Below, piece after piece: positions 1-8,171 of a DNA stretch of 64,000 bases. Under the pieces are notes generated by a model, which worked only from the letters and a program-made list of their open reading frames with translations, was not told the DNA's origin and did not search any database. Source of the stretch: Alphaproteobacteria bacterium (GTDB lineage Bacteria; Pseudomonadota; Alphaproteobacteria; UBA828). The position numbers and the translations under genes are program-made. How positions within the stretch are numbered: position 1 is the first letter of the stretch; each line of letters begins with the position of its first letter. Location of the stretch: contig CBDCRW010000004.1 in assembly GCA_965221125.1 (NCBI GenBank), forward strand, positions 32,001-96,000, in the 5' to 3' direction.

Positions 1-156
1 CGCGACCGCCTGCGCGGCATCCTGGCCGGGGGAGATTCTGAACGGGTTCCCCCATTTCGTGCGGCGGTCGACCAGCACGGTGTTGTTCACGACATGCGCG
101 TATTCGAACGCCTCGCGCAGCTTCGGCTCGCGCCTGAGATTGACGACGGCGGACAT
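1..156 (-). CDS. DUF4326-like protein, N-terminal part (runs off the window)
   Basis: Translated by hand: MSAVVNLRREPKLREAFEYAHVVNNTVLVDRRTKWGNPFRISPGQDAAQAVA; the DRxxKWGNPF motif is typical of DUF4326; GGAGGGAG RBS upstream. Confidence 0.75.
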   Translation of the reverse strand, partial: MSAVVNLRREPKLREAFEYAHVVNNTVLVDRRTKWGNPFRISPGQDAAQAVA

Positions 157-294
157 GATCTCCCTCCCTCCTCCGAACGGCTTGCCCGTTCGCAAGCTTT
201 TCTCCCCTCCTGGCGCGGCGGCGGACTCCGGGCCCATGGCAGAAAAAAAGGCGACCGCCGAAACGGCCGCCCGAGTTGGGGGAGGAAGGGTCGG

Positions 295-756
295 CTAGAA
301 CGGGATTTCCATGCCGGACTCGTCGGCGCCGTTCGCCACGGTGGCGGCCTGCGCGGCCCCGTCGTTCATCGGCGCCTGGGCATCCGCGGCCGCCGCGCCG
401 TTGCCGTTCGGCTTGTCGTAGAACTGGACCCGGTTGCCCGGCACGACGATGATCTCGGTCGAGAAGCGGTCCGAGTCCTCGCCGTCCCTGCGCCAGCGCC
501 GGGTCTGCATCTTGCCCTCGACGTGGACCAGCCGGCCCTTCACCGCGTGCTTCTGGAGCATGTCGATCAGGCCGGGCTGGAAGGTGACGACGCGGTGCCA
601 CTCGGTCCGGTCGACCTTCTGGCCCGACTTGTCGAAATAGGACTCGTCGGTCGCGATGCTCAGATTGGCGACGCGCCCGCCCGAGGCCAGATTGTTGACG
701 GTGACGTCGGCGCCCAACCGGCCGACCAGTTCCGCGTGGTTCTTTCCGAATGCCAT
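295..756 (-). CDS. ssb: Single-stranded DNA-binding protein (mobile-element type)
   Basis: MAFGKNHAELVGRLGAD...ANLSIATDESY...RTEWHRVV...VEGKMQTRRW...STEI, acidic tail ending IPF; GAGGAG RBS. Confidence 0.95.
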   Translation of the reverse strand: MAFGKNHAELVGRLGADVTVNNLASGGRVANLSIATDESYFDKSGQKVDRTEWHRVVTFQPGLIDMLQKHAVKGRLVHVEGKMQTRRWRRDGEDSDRFSTEIIVVPGNRVQFYDKPNGNGAAAADAQAPMNDGAAQAATVANGADESGMEIPF

Positions 757-868
757 GACGATCTCCTCATGGGTCTGGATGATGACGATGGGTTGCGAAC
801 GACCGGAGGCCGGGACACCCTCCCGAACCCCCGTCCGCTCACTTTCTCCAAGCCCTCCTCCACCTCCG

Positions 869-1108
869 TCACGCCGGGGGAAGCGCGGCTGCCGGATCCC
901 AGGGCTCGGAGGGTGCCGCCTCGCCGAAGCCCTCCGCCGCCGGTTCCGGGGCGAGACGGGCGAAGCTGTGCTCGGGATAGACCGCCGGACGCTCCGGGCA
1001 GCGGATCGCGCGCACGTCCTCGATCGCCTCGCGGACGGCGGCCGGGTCGATGCCCAGCTCGGCGATGATGCCGGCGGGAAGGTGGGGGAAATGGTCGGAC
1101 TGGAACAT
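869..1108 (-). CDS. Small hypothetical protein (79 aa)
   Basis: MFQSDHFPHLPAGIIAELGIDPAAVREAIEDV...; AAGAGGAG RBS; co-oriented with ssb. Confidence 0.55.
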   Translation of the reverse strand: MFQSDHFPHLPAGIIAELGIDPAAVREAIEDVRAIRCPERPAVYPEHSFARLAPEPAAEGFGEAAPSEPWDPAAALPPA

Positions 1109-1406
1109 GGCGGGGAAACTCCTCTTGCCGTTGCCCGGCCCGGCGTCGAGGCGACCGAACTCCCTCCGGCCGCCCTGCCGGACACGCCCCCCGCGAAAGC
1201 TCTTCTCCAACTCCGGAGTGCGCTCCGCTCCGACGGCGGACGATGGTGGGCAGGCGGAGAAGCCGGGACCGGCCCCGGCAGGCGTTGCGATCGTGCGCGC
1301 GTCAGCAACGTCACGACCGCCGCCGGCGCCGTCGATGCGGCGCGCGCAGGCGAGGATGTCGGCGCGACCGGATCGGCGGTTCGGTTCGGAGGAGCGGTCC
1401 TCGGCG

Positions 1407-1637
1407 CTACAGCCGTCCGGCGACGAACCCGGTCCAGCTCTCGCGCGTCCAGCCGAGGGGGCGGTTGAGCCTGTCCGCCATCTCCATCGCCTCGTCGACC
1501 CCCAGCACCACCAGCGACGTGCCGATGGCGGCGTCCATTTCGTCGACGACGATGCGGATTTGCTGAAAGCCCGTGTCGGGGTCCTCTACGGGCGCAAACG
1601 CATAGACGGGATTGTCGGGCAGGGTCATGCTGCTCAT
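1407..1637 (-). CDS. Small acidic hypothetical protein (76 aa)
   Basis: MSSMTLPDNPVYAFAPVEDPDTGFQQIRIVVDE...ADRLNRPLGWTRESW; GGAG RBS; protein-like composition. Confidence 0.65.
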   Translation of the reverse strand: MSSMTLPDNPVYAFAPVEDPDTGFQQIRIVVDEMDAAIGTSLVVLGVDEAMEMADRLNRPLGWTRESWTGFVAGRL

Positions 1638-1776
1638 CGTGCGATCTCCCGGTGATGGACAGGGGCGGGTGAATATCGGTCTCATCGGCCGACGGCGCGG
1701 GCAGCGTTGCAGCGGCCCCCCGGCCGGCCATACGCATAGCGGCGGGCGGCGGGCCGGCTGCGCAGCAGGGGGCCGT

Positions 1777-3042
1777 TCAGGACCAGGACGTCAACGAGGC
1801 CATCGGGCTCGCGTCGGTGACGATCTCGACCCGGTCGCGGTCGAGCTTCTCGAAGGCGAGACAGAGAGCGATGTCGGATTCACTGTCGAACGGCCCGTGC
1901 TCGCGCCCCGTCTCCACCTCGATCACGGTCCAGGTCGGGTCCCAGACCGGGATGCCGCGAAACGCTCCCGAACTCTCGCGATGCTTGCGCGAGCACGGCT
2001 CGCAGCGGGCGACCCCCGGCGAGGGCGTGTTGCACTCGACACACCGGCCCTTCGCCCGCCGCTCGGCATAGCGGCGGCGCCGGGCGGCCTGCTCCGCCTC
2101 GGGGTTGCGCCGCGCTTCCTTGGCCACGGCGCAGGGCGCGCAGTAGGCCGCGCCGCCGAAGGTGGGCGTCCGGCACTTTACGCAGACCCCGGCGGTCCGG
2201 CGAGCATGGTAGCGGTCGCGCCCGGCGTCGCGGCAGGCCTCGCACTCGGCCGCCCCGTTGGCGGGCTTCCCGCAACTCGTGCAATCGCCCCTGGCGCGCC
2301 GTTCGGCATAGCGCCGGCGGTCGGCCTCCCGCCTGGCCTCCGGGTCGCGCTTCCGCCGCTTGTTCCGGGCCTCGCCACAGGGGCCGCAATAGAGCTTCCC
2401 GCCGGGGGCGGGCGCCGCGCACTTTACGCAGAGGCCGGCGGTGCGGCGACCGGCATCGCGCGCGCGTCGGGCGGCCCGCCGGTCGTCGCGGCACGGCTCG
2501 CAGAGGCCCCGGCCCTCCTCGGTCGGGACATGCCCGCAACGGACACAGAGCCCGGCCGCGCGGCGGGCCTCGCTGCGCCGGCGGCTGCGTGCCCGGTCGG
2601 CCTCCCGCTTGGCCTCGGGATCGCGGCCGCCACAGGGGATTCCCTCGGCCTTCGCCTTGGCATAGCGTGCGCGGTCGCGTGCGCGATGCTGCTCGGCGCA
2701 GGGCTCGCAGGTGGTGCGATCCGGGCGCGCGGGAGCCCGGCCGCATTTTGTGCAGATGCCGGCGGCCTTGCGTTCGATGTGGAGCCGGCGGCTGCGCTCG
2801 CGCTCGTACTCCTTCGCCCGCACCGGATCCCGCACGGGCTTGCCCTCGGCGCGAAGCCGGGCCGAGCGGGCGCGGTCGGCGGCGTTGCGTTTCTCCGTGC
2901 AGGGGGCGCACAGCGTGCGGTCCGGCACCGGCCCGGTCTTGCCGCACTTCACACACAACCCGGCCGCCTTGCGGGCTGCGACCCTCCGGTGGAAGCGCGC
3001 GAGATCGGCCCGACGACGCTTGTCGATGTCGGCATAAGCCAT
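1777..3042 (-). CDS. Tandem C4 zinc-finger repeat protein (7 x CxxC-x9-11-CxxC with Arg-rich linkers)
   Basis: Seven regularly spaced double CxxC units in the translation; strong GGAGGAGG RBS at 3048-3055. Confidence 0.85.
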   Translation of the reverse strand: MAYADIDKRRRADLARFHRRVAARKAAGLCVKCGKTGPVPDRTLCAPCTEKRNAADRARSARLRAEGKPVRDPVRAKEYERERSRRLHIERKAAGICTKCGRAPARPDRTTCEPCAEQHRARDRARYAKAKAEGIPCGGRDPEAKREADRARSRRRSEARRAAGLCVRCGHVPTEEGRGLCEPCRDDRRAARRARDAGRRTAGLCVKCAAPAPGGKLYCGPCGEARNKRRKRDPEARREADRRRYAERRARGDCTSCGKPANGAAECEACRDAGRDRYHARRTAGVCVKCRTPTFGGAAYCAPCAVAKEARRNPEAEQAARRRRYAERRAKGRCVECNTPSPGVARCEPCSRKHRESSGAFRGIPVWDPTWTVIEVETGREHGPFDSESDIALCLAFEKLDRDRVEIVTDASPMASLTSWS

Positions 3043-3126
3043 GACGGCCTCCTCCTTGCCAATCCGGAAACGGACAAGGACGCCCCGCCGGTGTCGGGCC
3101 GGCAGGACGTCCTCGGGAGGAAGGGG

Positions 3127-3456
3127 TCAGCCCTTCTGGCGGCGGTTGCAGAACAGGGACGTCGATACGGCACCCCAGTACTGGACCCCGCCGCGGCTCT
3201 TGAGGCCGGTGCAGACGATGACCTCGTTGGGGGCGGGCCGCATCTCCTTGACCGCCTTCAGGGTGGCGGTGACGACCTTCGCCCTACGGCTCCCGCCGCC
3301 CTTCGGTGCCGGGTCGGAGCAGCGCCGAATCTCGCCGTCCGCCATCGCCCGGAACTTCTCGACCGCATAGCGATCGTCGGCCAGGCCGGGCCCGAAGAAA
3401 TGCGTGAGGAAGGTCGCCGCGGTGTTGCCGGGCATCGCCATCGTTGCTGCGCTCAT
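3127..3456 (-). CDS. Hypothetical protein (109 aa)
   Basis: GGAG RBS before ATG; first gene of the minus-strand run; no recognisable family. Confidence 0.55.
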   Translation of the reverse strand: MSAATMAMPGNTAATFLTHFFGPGLADDRYAVEKFRAMADGEIRRCSDPAPKGGGSRRAKVVTATLKAVKEMRPAPNEVIVCTGLKSRGGVQYWGAVSTSLFCNRRQKG

Positions 3457-3665
3457 GCTGCCGTCTCCATCGTGCCGTTGTGGAAATCGGCGGCAGCGCC
3501 CCGCCCTCCGAAGCGCCGACCGCCGCCTTACTCACGGTCAAAACTCCCCTCTCGGTGGTGAGGAGCGCGCAAATGGAGACGATGGCAGGACGGCGGCGCA
3601 GCGGCAGGAGCGCGGCACGAGTTGAAAAGCCGCACCGGGTGTCATAAAAGGAGCCATGAAGGCGG

Positions 3666-4073
3666 ATGCGCGCGAGGCTCGGGTTGCAGACGTTCAAGAC
3701 CAAGGCGTTCGCCCGTTTCGCCGACCGCGAGGGGCTGGAGGATGAGGCGCTGTGCGAGGCTGTCCGGCGCGCCGGGGAAGGGTTGGTCGACGCCGACCTC
3801 GGCGGCGGTGTCATCAAGCAGCGCATCGCCCGCAAGGGCGGCGGCCGGTCCGGCGGGTTCCGCACGATCGTGCTGTTCCGCCGGGGCGAACTGGCGTTCT
3901 TCGTCTACGGGTTCGCGAAGAGCGACCGGGAGAACCTGCGCCGGGACGAGTTGGCGACCTACAGGCTGCTGGCCGACGGGTATCTGGCGCTGGACAGGAA
4001 GGGTCTTGCGGCCGCACAGGCCGCTGGAACGATTGTCGAGGTGAAATGCGATGACCAAGCAATACAAGAGTGA
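3666..4073 (+). CDS. Type II toxin, RelE/ParE (HigB-like) family
   Basis: FKTKAFARFA...GLVDADLGGGVIKQRIAR.G.GRSGGFRTIV...FFVYGFAKSDRENL; overlaps downstream HTH gene; start may be TTG at 3684. Confidence 0.9.
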   Translation: MRARLGLQTFKTKAFARFADREGLEDEALCEAVRRAGEGLVDADLGGGVIKQRIARKGGGRSGGFRTIVLFRRGELAFFVYGFAKSDRENLRRDELATYRLLADGYLALDRKGLAAAQAAGTIVEVKCDDQAIQE

Positions 4074-4368
4074 GGCGCTGGCGGCGGCGCACGAGGCGGC
4101 GCTCGGCCTGGCCGAGGCGGGCCTCATGTCGAAACAGACCATGCGGAAGTTCGACGAGATGTGCCTTACCCCCGTCAGGGAGATGACGCCCGAGGACATC
4201 CGCGAGCTTCGGCTGCGCGAGCATGCGAGCCAGGCGGTGTTCGCGCGCTACCTCAACGTGACGACGGGTCTGGTGAGCCAGTGGGAGCGCGGCGAGAAGC
4301 GCCCGCGCGGGACCTCGCTCAAGCTGCTGACACTGGTCGCCAAGAACGGCCTCGCGGCGGTCGCGTGA
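4051..4368 (+). CDS. XRE/HTH antitoxin (HigA-like)
   Basis: IRELRLREHASQAVFARYLNVTTGLVSQWERGEKRPRG HTH; toxin-first arrangement. Confidence 0.9.
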   Translation: MTKQYKSEALAAAHEAALGLAEAGLMSKQTMRKFDEMCLTPVREMTPEDIRELRLREHASQAVFARYLNVTTGLVSQWERGEKRPRGTSLKLLTLVAKNGLAAVA

Positions 4369-4400
4369 CGGATTGGCGGCGTCTGTCGGGACATGTCCCG

Positions 4401-5501
4401 TCAGGAATTGGATCGAATCCGGTGACTATACGATGACGGGCAGATACGGGTCTCAAGAAACATAAATAATAACAGTGCTTTATCCACTGTTGCTGCACAA
4501 GAGTGGCGAAGGTCGTGGATGCGCACGTCGTCGAGGCCGGCACGGGCGCGCACGCGGGCCCAGGGCTCGAAGATGCTGGACAGGCGCCGCCCCGCGCGCG
4601 TGCCGGGGATCACCCACGGGTTGCCCGGCACGCGCGGGATGGCAGAGAGAACCTCCGCCGCTTCCGCCGAGAGCGAGACCGTGCGCGGGCCGGTCTTGCT
4701 GTCGCGCAAGCGAAGCTCGCGGGCCTCCATATGCACGTCCTCCCAGCGGAGCGTGAGGATCTCGTTCCGCCGGCAGCCGGTGAGCATGAGGAGGCGGAGC
4801 GCGGCCGCCGCATGGGACGAGACGCGCCCCGTCGCCTCCAGCTCGTCCAGCGCGGTGCCTAGGCGCCGGAACTCGGCGTCGGTGAGGAAGCGCTCGCGCC
4901 GGCCCACCCTGTACTTCTGGGCCGCGCGGCAGGGGTTGACCCCCTCGGCGGCGACGCCCCAGGCCTGGGCCTGGTCGATCATGCGCGACAGCGTCGCCAC
5001 CACCAGGTTGGCCATGGCCGGGCGGTCGCGAAGGGAATGCTGGAGGTCGGCGACGTCGCGCCGCGCGATGACGGAGACCGGGAGCGTGCCGAGGGCGGGG
5101 ACGATATGGCGCTCGATGGCCATTCGGTACTGGGCGGCGGTCGAGGGCTTGCAGCGGACCGCGACGTGCTCGCGCAGGTAGCGCGCAGCAAGGGTTGCGA
5201 GGGTGGGGCCGGCGGGCTTGGGGGCCGGGCGGTCCACGAAATCCTCGCCGGCCCTGATACGGGCGATGACGAGGGCTGCGCGCCTGCGGGCCTCGCCCGC
5301 GCCGATGACGCCGTGGCGGCCGACGGTCGTGCGCCTGGTGCCCGCCGGGCCACGGGTCTGCACGACGTAGACCCTGGCGCCGGAGGGATAGATGCGGACG
5401 CCGAAGCCGGTGAGCGCACGGTCCCACAACACCCGGTCGCGGCCCGGCGCGAGCGCGCCCACCACCGCGTCCGTGATCGTCCCGTGCGTGGGTTCATTCA
5501 T
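4401..5501 (-). pseudogene. Tyrosine integrase with N-terminal arm-binding (DUF4102-type) domain, truncated after HDLRHS
   Basis: LWDRALTGFGVRIYPSG N-domain; LLMLTGCRRNEI (Arg), DSKTG (Lys), HDLRHS; then unrelated AT-rich-encoded residues with no LGH and no properly placed catalytic Tyr. Confidence 0.85.
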
Positions 5502-6141
5502 ATCGAAGAGCCGTCATCACGGAAGCGCACGACGGCTTCACCGCGTAACGCGCCGGAATCACCGGAATCGGCCCGTAAGCACGCGCCGCAAGCGCGCCCA
5601 AACCGGCGCAAAGGTCTGACATCGGTAATTCTGATGGATTTGAAAGGGTTTATCGCAGACTTGCGCGCTGGCTTGTTCGCGGCGGCGCGGCGCAAAGACC
5701 GCTTGCGCGGCGCCCCGAGGCCCGGGCCCGAGGCCTCTTCATTATTGTGGCCATGAAATGCCGACCGTCGCGGAGAGAAGGGCACTGAGTCTGCTCTCTC
5801 TACGACGGGCGTGTGCGTGAATCGCCCTCGCAGACGCGGGAAAAGCGCGGAATTATGTTTGTTTCAAACCCACACCAATAACGCGGGACGCAGTCGGCTC
5901 CTAATCGTCTGAACGCTCGAAATATGTAGAAGGTAGCATAGCGAATTTATATCACCAAATAGTGTGAATTCAACGCTCTGCGGCAACTTAGTGGCGATAT
6001 CGTGATTAGCGGTTGTCGATAAGCACTAATCACCCTCAATCGTCCTGCGAACGTCAAACGTCCGCGCTTATGAAAAACGCCTCGGTTCTTTCGGCTCGTT
6101 TCGCGCCTCGGACTGCAACGGGAATACAAGTCAGTCAAGTT

Positions 6142-6154
6142 TATCAGTATGTTG
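6142..6154 (+). promoter_or_regulatory. IHF-binding consensus
   Basis: TATCAGTATGTTG matches WATCARNNNNTTR exactly, in an AT-rich tract near the island edge. Confidence 0.45.
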
Positions 6155-6694
6155 CAAGGTAGCGCCTTAGACTGACGGCGCGAAGAGAGACGGAACGTCG
6201 GGGATCCGGCGTTTCCAGGTTCTCCTGACGCCCTGCTCGGCAGCGCGAAACGGTCGGTTCGGAACCCGCGCATTTGCAGAGAAGCGGCGCGGTGGTGTTC
6301 CCGCGCGTGCGGCCGAGCCGGCGCCATCAAGCCCGGACAGGCGGCCCTCGACCGTTGAAAACACACGCGCTTGGGCCGGGATTGTCGGTGGGCGGCGTCG
6401 ACGATTTCTAATGGGATGCATCGGTGCTTGTTCGGGTCGCGTGACGAGGTGATGCCGCAGCGCCGGCGGCGCTCGACGTGCTGACCGCGCCCTCCCGCCT
6501 CGTCCCGGCGCGGCGACGCCGCTCGGGAGAGCGGGCTGGGGCAACGGGACTCGCAGCGCGTGCACCCTCCAGCAAGAAGAGTGTCCGCGAGGCGGTGACA
6601 GGCGGTTGCGTTCCGTGCGCCGTGTTGGGACCATGGCCGGCACCGGCGCCGGGCGGCGACCGGGCCTCTCATCAGCGGGCGGCGGGGCGCCAGC

Positions 6695-7402
6695 GTGACC
6701 AATATCGCCGAGGCCTTCGCGGCGGCCTTCTCCCTCGTCTATCGCCTCGACAGCGATCTCGGCGAGATCGTGCTCCTCTCGCTCCAGGTCAGCGTCGGCG
6801 CGGTGGCGGTGGCGAGCCTGATCGGCCTGCCCCTGGGCGCTGCGGTGGCGCTCTTCCGCTTCCCCGGACGCGGCGCGATCGTGATCCTGCTCAACGCGCT
6901 GATGGGCCTGCCGCCGGTGGTGGTGGGTCTCGTGGTCTATCTCGTGCTGTCCCGCGCAGGGCCGCTCGGCGTCCTCGGCCTGCTGTTCACGCCGACCGCC
7001 ATGGTCATCGCCCAGGTGCTGCTGGTGACGCCGATCATCGCGGCGCTCGCCCGCCAGGTGATCGAGGACATGTGGGGCGAGTACGAGGAGCAGCTCCGCT
7101 CCCTCGGCGCGACGCCGCGCCGCGCGCTCGGGGCGCTGCTCTGGGACGGCCGCTGGAGCCTGCTCACCGCCGTGCTCGCGGGCTTCGGCCGCGCCATCGC
7201 CGAGGTCGGCGCGGTGATGATCGTGGGCGGCAACATCGACCACGTGACCCGCGTCATGACCACGGCGATCGCGCTCGAGGTCTCGAAGGGCGACCTCGCG
7301 CTGGCCCTCGGCCTCGGCATCGTCCTGGTCGCGCTCTCGATTGCCGTGAGCACCGCCGCCGCCCTCCTGCGTGGCACGCTGGCGCAGGGGGGGCCGCGAT
7401 GA
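6695..7402 (+). CDS. tupB: Tungstate ABC transporter permease
   Basis: NALMGLPPVVVGL...SRAGPLG...AGFGRAIAEVGAVMIVGGNI...TRVMTTAIALEVSKG. Confidence 0.9.
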   Translation: MTNIAEAFAAAFSLVYRLDSDLGEIVLLSLQVSVGAVAVASLIGLPLGAAVALFRFPGRGAIVILLNALMGLPPVVVGLVVYLVLSRAGPLGVLGLLFTPTAMVIAQVLLVTPIIAALARQVIEDMWGEYEEQLRSLGATPRRALGALLWDGRWSLLTAVLAGFGRAIAEVGAVMIVGGNIDHVTRVMTTAIALEVSKGDLALALGLGIVLVALSIAVSTAAALLRGTLAQGGPR

Positions 7403-8154
7403 CGGCGGCCACCATCCTGCCGCTGGAGTTGCAGGGCGTGTGCGTCGAGCGCGACCGGCAACGGCTGCTCAAGTCCGTCTCCGTGCGCATCGCCCAGGGG
7501 CCGAAGACCATCATCCTCGGCCCCAACGGCGCGGGGAAGAGCCTGCTGCTCCGCCTCTGCCACGGGCTGATCGCGCCGAGCGACGGCGCGGTGCTGTGGC
7601 ACGGCGCCGCCGGGCGCGACCCGCTCCGCTTCCAGGCGATGGTGATGCAGCGCCCGGTCATGCTGCGCCGCTCGGTCGCCGCCAATATCGACTTCGCGCT
7701 GAGTCTCAGGCGCATCCCCCGGCCCGAGCGCCGCCGGTTGATCGCGCAAGCGCTGGAGCGCACCGGGCTCGGCGCCTTCGCCCGCGCACCGGCGCGCGTG
7801 CTCTCCTTCGGCGAGCAGCAGCGCCTCGCGCTGGCCCGCTCCTGGGCGCTGAAGCCGCAGGTGCTCTTCCTCGACGAGCCGACCGCCAATCTCGACCCCG
7901 CCGCGACCCACGTGATAGAGGACGTGATCGAAGCCATGGCGCGGGAGGGGACCAAGATCATCATGACCACCCACGATCTCGGCCAGGCGCGCCGGCTCGC
8001 GGACGAGGTGATGTTCCTGCACCGCGGGCGCCTGCTGGAGCATGCGCCTGCGCCCGCCTTCTTCGCCGGGCCCGAGAACGAGCTTGCCAGCGCCTTCCTG
8101 CGGGGCGAGCTGCTCTGGTGGGAGCGCCGCGAGCTCACGCCGCCCACGGCCTGA
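7399..8154 (+). CDS. tupC: Tungstate ABC transporter ATPase
   Basis: GPNGAGKS, LSFGEQQR, LFLDEPTANLDP; ATGA overlap with tupB. Confidence 0.85.
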   Translation: MTAATILPLELQGVCVERDRQRLLKSVSVRIAQGPKTIILGPNGAGKSLLLRLCHGLIAPSDGAVLWHGAAGRDPLRFQAMVMQRPVMLRRSVAANIDFALSLRRIPRPERRRLIAQALERTGLGAFARAPARVLSFGEQQRLALARSWALKPQVLFLDEPTANLDPAATHVIEDVIEAMAREGTKIIMTTHDLGQARRLADEVMFLHRGRLLEHAPAPAFFAGPENELASAFLRGELLWWERRELTPPTA

Positions 8155-8171
8155 CGCCCGGACGTCTGCAC

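Larger units (their letters stand above)
1..6170. mobile_element. Right-hand part of an integrative mobile island (ICE/IME-like), continuing beyond the left edge
   Basis: Contains ssb, DUF4326-like gene, small hypotheticals, TA pair, tyrosine integrase and an AT-rich flank with an IHF consensus; core genes resume at 6695. Right boundary approximate. Confidence 0.75.

Noticed and set aside
295-1737. 480-aa SSB fusion suggested by the ORF track
   Set aside because: Clear RBS and ATG at 756; the upstream extension overlaps better small genes in other frames.
1777-3042. Multiheme cytochrome or ferredoxin reading of the Cys-rich protein
   Set aside because: No CxxCH motifs, no signal peptide and no CxxCxxC spacing.
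6200-6694. Moco/tungsten-cofactor riboswitch upstream of tupB
   Set aside because: Could not recognise the conserved motif elements by eye; needs cmscan.
5947-6702. 251-aa minus-strand ORF in the island flank
   Set aside because: No RBS or motifs; composition looks non-coding.
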